A DNA stretch of 64,000 nt from Mobula birostris (taxonomy: Eukaryota). Numbering within the stretch: position 1 is the stretch's first letter; every line of letters begins with the position of its first letter. Position numbers and translations under genes: made by a program. The DNA lies in contig NC_092384.1 in NCBI RefSeq assembly GCF_030028105.1, positions 3,329,665 through 3,393,664 on the forward strand, in the 5' to 3' direction. This document shows positions 13,343-27,221 of this stretch, piece by piece. Below the pieces are notes generated by a model. It was not told where the DNA came from. It saw only the letters and a list, made by a program, of their open reading frames with translations, and made no database searches.

Positions 13343-16300
13343 TGTAAGATCAGGACGGTTTTTGTAGGGCCGGGACCCTATCTAGGACGCAGAACAGGGA
13401 CGATTTCTTGCAGCGCAGAGTCGGGACCCTCCCAGGAGGCAGAGCTTGGACCCTTTCTAGGTTGCAGGGCCAGGACCTTTGCTTGGACGCAGGGCCGGGA
13501 CATTTTCTTGGAGCACATGTCCGTGACCATTTATTGGATACAGGGCCGGGACCCTCTCTAGGACGCAGGGGCGGGACCCATTCTGGGATGCAGAGGCAGG
13601 ACCCTTTCTAAGACACAGGGCAGGGATGACAGCTGAGGATACTTGCCGAGGTGACTGCCGAGGTTAACTGCCGGGGTAAACCGGAATACGGATCAATGGA
13701 CCGGACCGTGAACCGGAATGCGGACGTCACGAACCGGACCGTGACAGTATCCCCCACTCTATGGGAGACGTCTGGCGACTGAAAAGTATTTCCCAGACTA
13801 TGGGCGACACCGGTGGTTGGGGGAGGGCATTCAACAGGAGGGAACCCAGGATGGCGAGAGTAAAACGACAGGGTCTCTGTCGCTGGGTCAATATTTGACT
13901 GGGTTGTTCTGTCATAAGGGAGCGCTGGAAGAGGACCCAGTTGCAAGACACAGACAATGAAGTACTAGGAACAAGTAATGGTTTATCAAGAAAGCAATGG
14001 GAGTCAGGAAGAAACGACGCTGGTCATGGACGAGACAAGGACATCGGGCCTGGGTAGGCCTAAGACTAGGAAAGCGCGACCAGGACAAGGAACGTGGAAT
14101 TAGGAGCCCGGTCTAAGACTCCGAGACAGAGACTGGACAGGGTGCCGGAACCTGGGTCTTGACTCGGGCTCGGACCCCTGATCTAGGCGAGGACAAGACG
14201 TGGTTAAAGGACTGGACTTGGCTACAGGACTGAACGTGGCTAAGCTACAGGAATGGACGTGGCTACAGGACTGGACGTGGAAGTCCTGCAGAGGGCGAGG
14301 CACATGGACAGGATGAGAACACAAAGTCTTGTCTTGGACCGGACGAGGTTCTTGGACTAGGCTTAGACAAGACGAAGTTCTAGGACTTGCCGTGGACTAG
14401 ACGAATTTCTAGGACTTGGCTTGGACTAGACGAGGTACTTGTACGTGGCTTGTACCTGACGAAGATTTTGGACGTGGTTTGGAGTAGACGAGGTTCATCT
14501 GGCAAGAGCGAGGGAACTGCAGCACCAGGCTGGGTGAAGAACCCGTGGACAGGGCGAGGAAATCCTGGGCAGGGTGGGGAACTCCAGCGGGACGAGGAAC
14601 TCCAGCGCAGGACGAGGAACTCTGGCACAGGACGTGGATCTTGGAGTAGGTTTGTGCTCGGTTCTTGGACTCGCCTTAATGATGCTCTTTGGTACGGAGC
14701 CGGGACTCGTTCTTGGAACGGAGGGCCGGAACGCTCCTAGGACGCAGGGCTGGGACGCATTCTTGGACGCAGGGTCGGGATGCTTTCTAGGAGGCAGAGA
14801 CTGGCCACTTTCTAGGACGAGGGGCCGGGATGACTTCTGAGGATAGCTGCCGAGGTGACTGCCAAGGTATACTGCCGAGGTAACTGTCGGGGATTCGGAT
14901 GGGGAGGGGTGGGGAACAGTTCAGCAAAAGAAGCTGAATCCCGAGGCTATTTAAGTAGCCAGCCCGAAAATAAAATCAGGTGCCTCGATTAAGGAGCCCA
15001 ACGGAACCGGGGAAAACAGGGAAAAATCGGAATACCGATCGATGGACGGAACCGTCAAACGGAAGGTAGACTTTTCGGATCGAACCATGACACAGAAAGT
15101 TGGCCTTACTTTTACGGAAAACCTCAAGGAGATCAGTATATTCAGCTGGAATCCTTGAAAGAGACACATCTTTATTTGATACATTAGGGAATTCACAAAA
15201 CGGAAATCGAGCTGGTTTTAGACAGGTAGGCGCCATGCCAGTCTCCACTTTTGCAGGGCTTTAAGAGATCAATCGATTCGTGGGTCATGTCGTGATAACC
15301 AGTGGACACAAAGCACCAGTGCTAGTTTAAGCGAATCAACTAGATAGAAGGAGAGTTATTCAATATGGTTGCCTTTGAACAGCTTGAGGGGTTCAGTGAT
15401 AAGGTAGAAATGGCCGGTGCCCAGAGGCTGACTGTCCAGCGCCTTTTCTTTGACATTTTCACGCAATTCCTGAGTTGGAACTCCTCGATTTTGAGCTAAC
15501 TGGATGTCTATGAGATTTCTGGCTGCTGTAGAGTCGATAGATGTTTTCAGTTTATGGGTCGGTGATCCCTGCGACAAGGAATGTGCAAGCATAACACAGT
15601 TAGTGGGAGCTCACTGCACAAAGAACCGACTCGGCAGGACGCCCCTTCCCGCTGTCCGATATCGAGAATAGAACGGGGAACCTGTTCTTTTCCGCCGCTC
15701 TCGTTCCTCTTGAAACGACGCGACCCACGCATAGACTCCTCCATGGACTGGGTGCTGGTTGATGAGGGAGAGGAGGAGGGCGTGGAAAGACAGTGAATAG
15801 CAGGCGCGTAGAAAGCTTGAGACATCATTTCCCTGTGTCACCCAGTTACCCGCTCGTCAACACACATAGCTAGATTAAACAGATCACCCAGACTATCCCG
15901 CTGGTCACGGACAGCGATCTCCGCCGAACCCCTGAGTTCAGTCGACACTGGAAGACAGTGATGAGAGATCTCATTCTATCCCGTCTTTACTGCAAGCGTG
16001 CGGAATGTGACTGTCTTCGCCCTCACCAACACTGGGCCTTGGCAAAAGTCCAGCAGTCGATGGGCAGCCTACCGACCCCGTACTGGAAGGTCAAAAACCA
16101 TCCTTAACTCTGCAACAATGTTCCAGAACGACTGGGCTTGGTGGGGTGTCTCTTCTCCCCTCAGGCGTTGAACAAGCTGAGTGAAGGTCCATCTAGGACA
16201 TTGACCATGTACGCCAGTTTTCATGTATCATGACCAAAACAAACAGAAAAGGCTTGCGATGTCTGCTCGCATTGGGTAATAACATTTCTGCAGTCATCGG

Positions 16301-16600
16301 GATCACCAAAGCATTTGTCCGGTGGTGGAATACTCGATTCCCGTATGGACCCGGGAGTCTGTGATGTTCGGAAAACGGGAGTCATTTGTGGACCTGGCGC
16401 GGGAGAAGGAGCAGTCGGGCCAGAGGTTGCCGGCGGTGCAGAAAAGGAGGATCTGCGAAATGCTGAGAGTGAGACTGAGGTGGCTAGAGACTGCTGAATT
16501 GATTTGGCTGGAAAACTACTTATCGTCTGCTGACGCTGGCTGTACTCAGCGAGTTCGTTGACGGCGACTGTGAGAGCGGTAATCGCAGAGCCCTGACTCC
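13343..16600 (-). mobile_element. Second Sushi-type element: gag-protease-start of RT joined to two tandem LTR-like units
   Basis: Gag remnants 15600-16560, protease ORF 15356-15592, RT N-terminus (LSRIPAEYTDLLEVFRKSKA) near 15100-15170. LTR start TGTCATGG at 15092 ending TGACA at 13910. Second LTR start TGTCACGG at 13746. Confidence 0.7.
13365..13628. repeat. About 10 degenerate tandem copies of a 25-bp unit (GGGCCGGGACCCTTTCTAGGACGCA)
   Basis: Units read directly in the sequence. Related units recur at about 14690-14830 within the other LTR-like segment. Confidence 0.8.
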
Positions 16601-16809
16601 GATTGTTTGCAGTGAGCTGCTGAACAATTGCTGCGAGGGACCATACGTGTTAATCCGGATGAGACTGGGCTCGTCGGCACGAAATTATCCGCCCCATTGC
16701 TTCAGTAACTTCACTGAGAACAGATATAATTGCCTGCAGCTTGCCCCACTACCTGGTCAATGAATCCCAGGGCCAAAGTCAGCTAATCTCTTTCTCCTGC
16801 GTCCTAAGT

Positions 16810-17378
16810 TTACAACACATTACAGGCCCTCCACCCCCCCCCACCCCCCAATGTTGTCCCGACCATGTAACCTGCTCCACAGACTACCTAGCATTTTCCT
16901 AGCGCAGAGCCCTCTATTTTCTAAGCTCCATATACTTATCTAAGAGGCTCTTAAAAGACGCTACTGTATTCGCTTTCACCACCGCCGTCGGCAGTGCATT
17001 CCACGCACCCATCACTCTCTGTGTGAAAAACTTACCCCTGAAATCCCCTCAGTAACTATTTACAAACACCTTAAAACTGTGTCCCTCCCGTGTTGACTAT
17101 TTCAGCCCTGGGAAAAAGTCTCTGGATATACGCACGATCAATGCCCCTCATCATCTTAAACACTTCTATCAGGTCAGTCCACATCCTCTGTCGCTCCAAG
17201 GAGAAAAGGCCAAGTACACTCCACTTATTCTTATAAGCTTCGCCCTCCAATCCAGGCAACATTCTTTTAAATCTTCTCTGTACTCTCTCCCTGTAGTATC
17301 CGCATCCTTCATGAAGTGAGGTGATCAGAACTGAACACAGTACTCCAAGTGGGGTCTGACCAAGGTCTTATATGGCTT
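16810..17378 (-). mobile_element. CR1 3' end fragment
   Basis: ORF 17071-17262 (LGLFSLERQRM..LIEVFKMMRG). Confidence 0.8.
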
Positions 17379-17829
17379 GTTGTTCCAGACTTGTTGATAG
17401 TACATTTGGATATGGCCAAGTGCGGAGAGAGAGACGCCGAACTGAGTCGACAGTACACAGATTCAAATGCGATCAGTATTTTAAGAGAAAAGAAAACATT
17501 AAACATTAGGCCAAACAGAGCCGTTAACTAAAACTCTCAAAAGGAAGAAAAATAATGTCAACACCACGGCCGAAAGGACCATCTGAATATAAAACGGGTA
17601 GCACTAGTCCTCAGCGTTAGTCGGCTCGACAGTCCACTATTATTAGGCAAGGCCGAATGCAGACAGACAACATGACATTGCTGTGCTTTACTCAAGTGTC
17701 GACAAGTCCAGCAGCGAAAGGAAGAGGGATAAATACAAACATAATGAAATAATAATTATCTGACGTGCACATTCACGAGCGCAAGTGTTGAAACTTTTTC
17801 ACAGCTGAGTCCGTGATTGTGACACAGGG

Positions 17830-18390
17830 ATGTGATGCTAAGGGTTAAAAAGGCACAGGCTAGGCTCACCTTGAGTATTGTGAGCAGTTTTGGGCTCCTT
17901 ATCTAAGAAATGATGTGGTAACATTGGACAGAGTTCAGAGGAGTTTCACAAGGATGATTTCAGGAATGAAAGGGTTTTCAAATGAGGAACATTTGATGGA
18001 TCTGTGCTTGATATACTTGCTATAATTTAGAAGGATGTGGGTGGTGGGGGGGATCTCACTGACACCTTTCGAATGTTTAAAAGCCTGGACAGAGTAGCTG
18101 TAGAAAGGATGTTTTCCATTGTGGGAGAGCCTAGGACTAGAGGGCACAGTCTCAGGATAGAATGGTGTCCATTTAAAAGAGATATGCAGAGAAATTTATT
18201 TAGCGAGGGGGTGCTGAATTTGTGCAATTGGTTACTACAAGCAGCTGTGGAGGCCAGGTCATTGGGTATATTGAAGGAAGAAAGGGATAGGTTCTTGATC
18301 GGCCACGGCATGAAATGTTACGGAGAGTAGGTTGATAGGGAAAAAAAAAAGATCAGCCACGGCGGAGCAGACTCGATTGGTAAAATGGAT
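17830..18390 (+). mobile_element. CR1 3' end fragment
   Basis: ORF 18037-18330 (DLTDTFRMFKSLDRV..RTRGHSLRI). Confidence 0.8.
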
Positions 18391-18394
18391 ACGA

Positions 18395-19005
18395 GGCTGG
18401 AGAAGGGAGAGGATCATGGGACAGGAGGAGAGGAGCACCAGAGGAAGATGGAGAACAGGGAAGGAGTTATAGTGAGAGGGAAAGAGGCAGAAAAGGAGAG
18501 AGAGAGAAAGAAAGGGATGTGAAGTAAATAAATAATAATAAATAAATAAGGGATGAGATAAGAAGGGGAGGAGGGGCATTAACGGAAGTTAGCGAAGTCA
18601 ATGTTCATGCCATCAGGATGGAGGCTACGCAGACGGAATATAAAGTGTTGTTCCTCCAACCTGAGTGTGGCTTCATCTTTACAGTAGTGGAGGCCGTGGA
18701 CAGACATATCAGAATGGGAATGAGACGTGGACTTAAAATGTGTGGTCACTGGGAGATCCTGCTTTCTCTCGTGGACAGAGCGTAGGTGTTCAGCGAAACG
18801 GTCTCCCAGTCTGCGTCGGGTCTCGCCAATATATAGGAGGCCGCACCGGGAGCTCCGGACGCAGTACATCACACCAACCGACTCACAGATGAAGTGTCGC
18901 CTCACGTGGAAGGACGGTCTGGGGCCCTGAATGGTGGTGAGGGAGGACGTTTAAGGGCATGTGTAGCGCTTGTTCTGCTTACAAGGATAATTGCCGGGAG
19001 GGATA
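18395..19005 (-). mobile_element. Penelope-like element 3' part with GIY-YIG endonuclease
   Basis: ORF 18579-18905: VMYCVRSSRCGLLYIGETRRRLGDRFAEH...EQHFIFRL..LHPDGMN. It is followed by a pyrimidine-rich 3' region. Confidence 0.9.
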
Positions 19006-20430
19006 GATTGTTAGATTGTTCCTGTTTCTTTCTTGGCAATTTCTACATTTATCATCTTTAATATGTCGGGCTTTTGAAATGTATTTTCGATAATGTCTTG
19101 TTTTAATTATCTGGTCCTGTATTTTCCCAATTAACCCTTCTGGTTCTGCGAATAGAACTTCAAAACCGAGCCGGCGTTCAAAACTTCGTTGTCATCACCT
19201 ACTCTCCTCTGATCCTGGGGATGCCTTCCATAGAGGTTGATGCTCTTGCGTTAGTTAACTTTTTCTTTAATAGTGATAATTCCTTCTGGGTTGTGTTCTT
19301 ATCTAAGCTTAGTGGTGTATATACCTGACTAGAGTTGTATATGCACGCATGGAGTACTGAATCCTGTTTTCTTCCGATGAAAATATACCTTAAGATGCTT
19401 TATCTGGCTGTTGTGTAGATTTTCAATGCCTATTATTCCTCTTCCTTTTTCTGTCCAAGGTAAGGTTAATCTAAGTGCATTTGAGTGTGTATAATGTTTT
19501 CTGAATGTTGTCACATAAGTTCTTATTTTTCTTTGCAAATTTTCCAGATCGGATACGGAGCAAGGTATTATGTCAAACGAATGTGTTAATATTGGCATAG
19601 CGAAAGTGTTTATCACCTTTGTTAGATTTCTGCTGCTAAGGTCCGTTTTCCGACTTTTTAAGCCTGAACTCTGTCAAAATGTTCCCTTCACATAAAATGC
19701 TGGAGGAACTCAGCAGGCCAGGCAGCAACCCGAAAAAGAGTGCAGTAGATGTTTCGGCCCGAAACACTTCAGCAGAAGTGCATCTGCAGATTTTCTCTTG
19801 TTTATTTTCTTTCCTTTATCTTTTGTATCCTGCTGCTTTGTTTTGTATTCTATTAGTTCCATTGCACCTTTCTATATATTTAATATTCTTCCCCTCTGCC
19901 ATCTGATTCGTAAATGGACTTTGAATCTCTGGACCCTACCTCACATGTTTAAAATCCGCAGTATTTCTGTTTTGGTACGTTTTAAAAATCTATTCAATAC
20001 ATGTAATTATTTTACTTGTTTAATTATTATTATAATAATTGTTATTTTATTTATTTATTATTATTATTTATTTCTGTTAGATTATGTATTGCATTGAACC
20101 GCTGCAGCGAAGTTAACAAATTTCACGTCATATGATGGTGATAATAAACCTGATTCTGATTCTGAATCTGATTTATCTAGTCCAAACTTCATGTTTATGT
20201 CTTTGAAAAATAGTCGAATCAAGTGTCTTAGCTTTACTAATAAAGGAACGTATAATTTCAAATCGTCCATGTACAGAAGGCGTATCAAGGTATAATTCAG
20301 TTGGTTGTTTCTAACTTGGTACCCAATTTTCGCCCGATTCAGTATATTACAGAGCGAGTTTAAAGCTGGATGAAACAATGGTAGGTTCAGGAACATGGCC
20401 TGGAAAATGCCTTGGTTTATTTTGGCAACA
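19005..20430 (-). mobile_element. R4/Dong-like non-LTR retrotransposon fragment, interrupted
   Basis: GIFQ..LP..ALNSL..LLYMDDLKLY (20082-20420), INTFAMPILTHSF...RLTLPWTEKGRG (19329-19616), and EPEGLIGKIQDQIIKTRHYRKYI..DDKCRNC near 19020-19150. Confidence 0.7.
19850..20170 (+). mobile_element. Rex1/Babar-like LINE 3' tail inserted in the R4-like element
   Basis: Ends GGTGATAATAAACCTGATTCTGATTCTGA, the same tail seen at about 55050-55078. Confidence 0.55.
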
Positions 20431-20461
20431 GAGGTGGCACTTTTTTTTTGGTTATTAATAG

Positions 20462-23030
20462 GACTTTAGGGCATAGGAGCAGAATTCGGCCAGTCAGCTA
20501 TCAGAGTCTAAGCCACCATTCCATCATGGCTGAACCCGTGCCCCACTTCACACATGCACATGCCTTCTCGTCATATCCTTCGATGCCCTGACCGATCAGG
20601 AAACTATCAACTTCCGCCTTAACTAAACCGACAGACTTAGCCTCCACCGCAGTCTGTGACAAAGCATTCCATAGATTCACTACATTCTGGCTAAAAGAAA
20701 ACCCTCTTACCTCTGTTCTAGACAGCTGCCCCTCCGTTTTAAGTCTGTGCCCTCTGGTACTGGATAGCCTGTCCACAGGAAACACCCTCTCCATATCCTC
20801 CCTATGTAGTTGTTTCTATATTCGGAAGATTTCAATGAGATCCCTCCCTCCGCGTTCTTCTAAACTCCAGTGAATACCGACCTAAAGCCGCCAAGAGTTC
20901 CTCATATGTTAACACTTTAATTCCCAGAATCATCCCCGTGAACCTCCGCTGCACTGTCTCCTAACAATACTTCCTTTCGGAGATATGCTGCCCAAAACGG
21001 TTGACAATACTCCAAGTGCGATCTGACAAATGTATTATAGAGCCTCAGCATTATTTGCTTCCTTTTAAACTTTATTCTCTTGAAATAAATGGCAACATTG
21101 CATTTGATTTCTTTACCACAGACTCATTATGTAACTGCAACTTCTGGGAGTTTTTCCTGAGTACTCCTAAGACCACCCGCACTTCTGACATTTGAACATT
21201 CTCCCCAATTAGATAATAGTAAGCGCTATTGTTCCTTTTAGATAAATGAATGATCATACATTTCCAAACACTGCATTCCATCTGCCACTTTTTTGGCATT
21301 TTTTTTATAATTTGCACAAGTCCTTCTGCAATTGGATTGCTTCCTCAGCACTATCTTCCCATCCAGCTAACTTCATATCATTCGCACACTTTGCCACAAA
21401 ACCATCCGTTCCGTTATCCAAATCATTGAAAGACTATGTGAAAAAATGTGGTCCCTATACTGACCACTAATGAACACCACTAGTCATCGATAGCCAATCA
21501 GAAAAGGCCCCCTTTATTCACACTCCCTATCTCCCGCCTGCCAGCTATTGATCTATCCATGTCAGTATTGTTCCTGTAACGCCAAAGGATTTATCTTACT
21601 AAGCAGCCTTATGTGTGGCACCTTATCAAATGCCTTCCTATAGCCCGCGTAACTGACATCCACTACCGGTCCCTGCTTGCTCCTTCCTCGAAAAACTCTA
21701 ACAGATTTGTTAGGCAGGACTTCCCCTCACAGAAACCATGCTGACTTTGACTTATTTTATCATTAGCCTCCAAGTACTCTGAAACGTCATTCTTCATAAC
21801 AGACTCCAACACTTTCCCAAGCACTGAGCTTAAGCTAACTGGCCTACGATTTCCTTCCTTTTGCTTTTCTTCCGTTTTAAAGACTGGACTGACATTTTCA
21901 ATGTTCCAGTCCACCTGGACAATGCCAGAATCAAGATATTCTTGAAAGATCATGACCAATGCATACTCCATGTCTTCAGTAACCTCCTTCAGGATTCTGG
22001 GATGTAGTCCATCTGATCCAGGTGAATTATCCGCTTGAAGACTTTGAGTTTGCCTGGTACATTTTCCTTTGTAATAGCAACGACACTATTTCCTGTTTCC
22101 TGATACTTGCAGACCTCTGGCACACTGCTAGTGTCTTCCACAGTGAAGACTGATGCAATATACCCCTTTTGTTCATCTGTCAATAATTCGCCCTCCATTA
22201 GTACCTCACCAGCATCATTTCCCAAAGGATCATTATGAATATTCCCTTCCCTTGTGCTCTTTAAGGTACTGAAAAAATCCTTTTTGTATCCTGCTTTTTA
22301 TTATAGGCTAGCCTGTCCTCATATTTCACCTTTTCTCTTCTTATGGCTTATTTTGTCTTTTGTTGGATTATAAAAGCTTCCCAATCATAGAACTTTCTAT
22401 TCACTTATGCTACCTTATATGTTATTTCCTTGGCTTTTATGCAGTCCTTAACTTCCTTTGAAATTCTGCTTCTACTATGGGACATAGTCATCTTGCACCT
22501 TGCGAGCTATTCCCAGCAAATTCAGCCATCTCTGTTCTGCCGTCATCCCCGCCATCCTCCACCTCCAATCCACCTGGAGAAGCTCCTCTCTCATGCCTTT
22601 GTAATTCCGTTTATTCCATCGCAATACTGATACCTTTGACTTATGCTTCTCCGCCTCAAAGTTCAGTATGAATTTAACCATATTATGATCACTGCCTGAA
22701 GGATTGCTTTATATTAAGCTACACCAGATCTAAGACAGCCTTTTCCCTGGTACGTTCAATTACAATCTGCTCTAAAAAGCCATCTCGTAGGCATTTAACA
22801 ATTTCCTCTCTTGCCATGCGGCACCAACCTACATTTTTATTTACCTTGTATATTGACATCCCGCATTACATCTATGTCATTACCTTTATTATATGCTATT
22901 TGCAGCTCCCTTTTCAATGTCAGTCCCTCATCTTGGCTACTATTTCATTCCCCTAATGTTTTTTTTTTCTCTCTACCTTTGTAGTTTCTTGACTCCGCCA
23001 CAAGATTCAGCATTCTCTGACCCTATGTCA
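20462..23030 (-). mobile_element. Decayed CR1 LINE (endonuclease end to 3' tail)
   Basis: ORFs 20501-20794, 21072-21317, 21663-21971 and 22475-22681 are colinear pieces of CR1 ORF2. Confidence 0.85.
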
Positions 23031-23074
23031 CTTCTTTGTAAAGATACAATTCCATCTCTTATTAACAGAGCCAT

Positions 23075-26000
23075 GTAAGGAATCTGGAAGAGCAGTTGGA
23101 TGACCTTCGACTCATAAGGGAGAATGAGGGAGTCATAGATGAGAGCTACAGGGAGGTAGTCACACCTAGGCTGTCGGAAGCAGGTCGTTGGGTGACAGTC
23201 GGAGGGCCGAATGCGAAGGTGAGCAGACAGGTAGCGCAGAGCACCCTTGTAACCATTCCCCTGAATATTAATTTCACCGTCCTGGATGCTGTTGGCGGGG
23301 ACGACCGACCACGTGAGAGCCACGGTGGCAGCGCCTCCGACACTGAGTCTGACCCTGTGGTACAGAAGGGTGGGACAGAGAAGAGGAGAGCTGCCGTCCT
23401 TGGAGACTCTATAGTCAGGGGAGCAGACAGGAGATTTTTGTGGACGTGAAAAGGACACCCGCATGGGTTGTTGCCTCCCGGTTGCCAGGGTCAGGGATGT
23501 CTCTGACCGGGTGCACGACATCCTGGTACCAGAGGGAAAGCGGCCAGAAGTCGTGATACATTTTTGGGAATAACGACATAGGCAGGAAGAGAGATGAGGT
23601 CCTGAAGTGTGAGTTTCGGGAACTGGGCAGAAGGCTGATGAACAGGAGCTCAAGAGTGGCGTCCTCAGGATTGCTGCCAGTGCTACGTGACAGTGATGGT
23701 AAGAATTGAAGGAGATGACAGTTGAATGCGTGGCTGAGGAGTTGGTGCAGGGAGCAGGTTTTTAGATTTTTGGATCATTGGGATCTCTTATGGGGAAGGT
23801 GGGTCCTGTACAGATTGGATGCGTTGCACCTGAACCCGAGGGGGAGCAATATCCTTGCAGGTAGGTTAGCTAGCATTGTTCGGGAGGGTTTAAACTATTT
23901 TGGAAGGGAGTGGGACCCGGAACGATAGAGCAGTGAAAGAAGTACATGGAGTAAGGCCAGATCTAATATATAGAGAAGTTTTGAGGAAAGAGAAGCAGAA
24001 TAAACGGTGTAAAGGTAGTAAGGCAGAAGGGCTGAAATGTGTGTACCTCAATGCGAGAAGCATCAGGATCAAAAGTGATGAACTGAGAGTTTGGATACAT
24101 AACATGGAATTATGATGTAGTGGCCATTACAGAGACTGGGCTGTCGCCAGGGCAGGAATGGACTCTCAATATTCCTGGATTTCAGTACTTTAAAAGGGAT
24201 ATAGAGGGAAGGGGAGGGGGAGGAACGGTGGCGTTAACGGTCAGGGATACTATGACAGCTACAGAAAGGGTGAGTAATGTAGAAAGATCCTCGTTTGAGT
24301 CAGTATGGGTGGAAGTCAGGAACAGGAAGGGAGCAGTTACTCTATTGGGGGTATTCTTTACGCCCCCTGGTAGCAGCAGAGATACAGAGGAGCAAATTGG
24401 GAGACAGATTTTGGAAAGGAGCAAAAATAACAGGGTTGTTATCATGGGTGACTTTAACGTCCCTAATATTGATTGGCACCTGCTTAGTTCCAAGGGTTTA
24501 GATGGAATAGAGTTTGTTAAGTGTGTCCAGGACGGATTTCTGTCACAGTATGTGGACAGACCGACCAGGGGGAATGCCATACTAGATCTATTACTAGGTA
24601 ATGAACCGGTTCAGGTCACAGAACTCCCAGTGGGAGAGCATCTGGGGGACAGTGACCACTGCTACCTGGCCTTTAGCATTATCATGGAAAATGATGGAAT
24701 CACAGAGGACAGGAAACATTTTAATTGGGAAAGGGAAGATTATGAGGCTATATGGCTAGAACTTGCGAGTGTGAATTAGGATGATGTTTTTGAAGGGAAA
24801 TGTACTATGGACATGTGGTCGATGTTTAGAGATCTCTTGCAGGATGTTAGGGATAAATTTGTCCCGGTCAGGAGGGTAAAGAATGGTCGGGTGAAGGAAC
24901 CATGGGCGACAAGTGAGGTGGAAAATCTAGTCAGGTGGAAGATGGCAGCATACATGAGGTTTAAGAAGCAAGCATCAGATGGGTCTACTGAGGAATATAA
25001 GGAAGCAAAAAATGAGATTAAGAAGGGGCTGAGAAGAGCAAGAAGGGGGCATGAGAAGGCCTTGGCGAGTAGGGTAAAGGAAAACCCCAAGCCATTCTTC
25101 AATTATGTGAAGAACAAAAGGATGACAGGTGTGAAAGTAGGACCGATTAGATATAAAGGTGGGAAGATGTGCCTGGCGGCTGTGGAAGTGAGCGCCGTCC
25201 TCCATGAATACTTCTCTTCTGTATTCACCAATGACAGGAAACTTGCTGATGGTGAGGACAATATGAGTGAGGTTGATGTTCTGGAGCATGTTGATATTAA
25301 GGGAGACGAGGTGTTGGGGTTGTAAAAAACATTAGGACGGATAAGTCCCCGGGGCCTGGTGGAATATTCCCCAAGCTGCTCCATGACGCGAGGGAAGAGA
25401 TTACTGAGCATCTGGCTAGGATCTTTATGTCCTCGTTGTCTACGGGAATGGTACCGGAGGATTGGAGGGAGGCGAATGTTGTCCCCTTGTTAAAAAGGGT
25501 AGTAAGGATAGTCCGGGTAATTATAGTCCAGTGAGGCGTACGTCTGTGATGGGAAAGTTGTTGGAAAAGATTCTTAGAGTTAGGATCTATGGGGACTTAG
25601 AGAATCATTGTCTGATCAGGGACAGTCAGCATGGCTTTGTGAAGGGCAGAACGTGTCTAACAAGCTTGATAGAGTTCTTTGTGGAGGGGACCAGGCATAT
25701 AGATGAGGGTTGCGCAGTGGATGTGATCTGTATGGAGTTTAGTAAGGCATTTGACAAGGTCCCACATGGTAGGCTTATTCAGAAAGTCAGAAAACATAGG
25801 ATCCAGGGAAGTTTGGCCAGGTGGATTCAGAATTGGCATGCCTGCAGAAAGCAGAGGGTCGTGGGTGAGGGAGCACATTCAGAGTGGAGGATTGTGATTA
25901 GTTGTGTCCCACAAGGATCCGTTCTGGGACCTCTACTTTTCGTGATTTTTATTAACACCTGGATGTGGGGGGAGAGGGGTGGGTTGGCAAGTTTGCAGAC

Positions 26001-26908
26001 GACACAAAGGTTGGTTGTGTTGTAGGTAGTGTAGAGGACTGTCTAAGATTGCAGAGAGACATTGATAGGATGCAGAAAAGGGCTGAGAAGTGGCAGATAG
26101 AATTCAACCTGGAGAAGTGTGAGGTGGTACACTTTGGAAGGATAAACTCCAAGGTAGACTACAAAGTAAATGGCAGGTTACTTGGTAACGTGGAGGAGCA
26201 GAGGTATCTGGGCGTACATGTCCACAGACCCCTGAAAGTTGCCTCACAGATAGATAGGGTAGTTAAGAAAGCTGATGGGGTGCTAGCTTTTATAAGTCGA
26301 AGGATAGAGTTTAAGAGTCTCGATGTAATAATGCAGCTCTATAAAACTCTGGTTAGGCCACACTAGGAGTATTGTGTCCAGTTCTGGTCACCTCAATATA
26401 GGAAGGATGTAGAAACATTGGAAAGGGTACACAGGAGATTTACCGGGATGCTGTCTGGTTTAGAGAGTATGCATTATGATCAGAGATTAAGGGAGCTGGG
26501 GCTTTGCTCTTTGGAGAGAAGGAGGATGAGAAGAGGCATGATAGAGGTGTACAAGAGAATAAGAGGAATAGATAGAGTGGATAGCCAACGCCTCTTCCCC
26601 AGGGCACCACTGCTCAATAAAAGAGGACATGGATTTAAGGTAAGGGGTGGGAAGTTCAAGGAGGATATTAGAGGAAGTTTTTTTTTTTTTTTTTTTTTTT
26701 TAATCAGAGAGTGGTTGGTGCGTGGAATACACTGCCTGATTCAATGGTGGAGGCAGATACACTCGTGAAGTTTAAGAGACTACTAGGCATGTATATGGAG
26801 GAATTTAAGGAGGGGGTGGTTATATGGGAGGCAGGGTTTGAGGGTTGGCACGACATTGTGCGTCGAAGGGCCAGTACTATGCTGTACTATTCTATATTCT
26901 ATGTTCTG
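23075..26908 (+). mobile_element. Near-full-length CR1 LINE with SGNH-esterase ORF1 and APE-RT ORF2, disrupted
   Basis: ORF1: VLGDSIVRG, VVIH, FLDHW, DALHLNPRG. ORF2: CVYLNARSI, AITETGL, IMGDFNVP, SDHC, FSKAFDKVPH, VPQGSVLGP, FADDTK. The TTCTAT tail ends near 26908. Confidence 0.95.
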
Positions 26909-27221
26909 TATACCACCGTCTATGCGTTCCTGTCTGTTCTTCTAATATAAAGTGTATCTTTTGATATAAAGCTCCCAATTATTACCTTCTTTCAGCCACG
27001 ACTCAGTGATGCTCATAACATCATACCGACCAGTCTCTAATAGCACCACGAGTTTATCCTCATTATTCCAAATTCTGCGCACGTTGAAGAACCACACTGT
27101 CAGTTCTGCTTTCTTCGTCTTTTTGAGTTTTCCCTCTGTGGTTCAACTTCACTCTTTGCTCTCTACTTGTGCTGCTGGTGAGTCAGTATCCTGGCACAAA
27201 AAAAAAAAAAAAAACTATACC

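Noticed and set aside
13365-13628. CRISPR-like array
   Set aside because: The units are contiguous and degenerate with no unique spacers, sit inside LTR-like DNA, and the context is eukaryotic with no cas genes.
17379-17824. Solo LTR between two CR1 ends
   Set aside because: TG...CA-like ends are present but there is no TSD or in-window homolog, so it is left unassigned.
23075-26908. Active CR1 element
   Set aside because: Both ORFs carry several stops and frameshifts.
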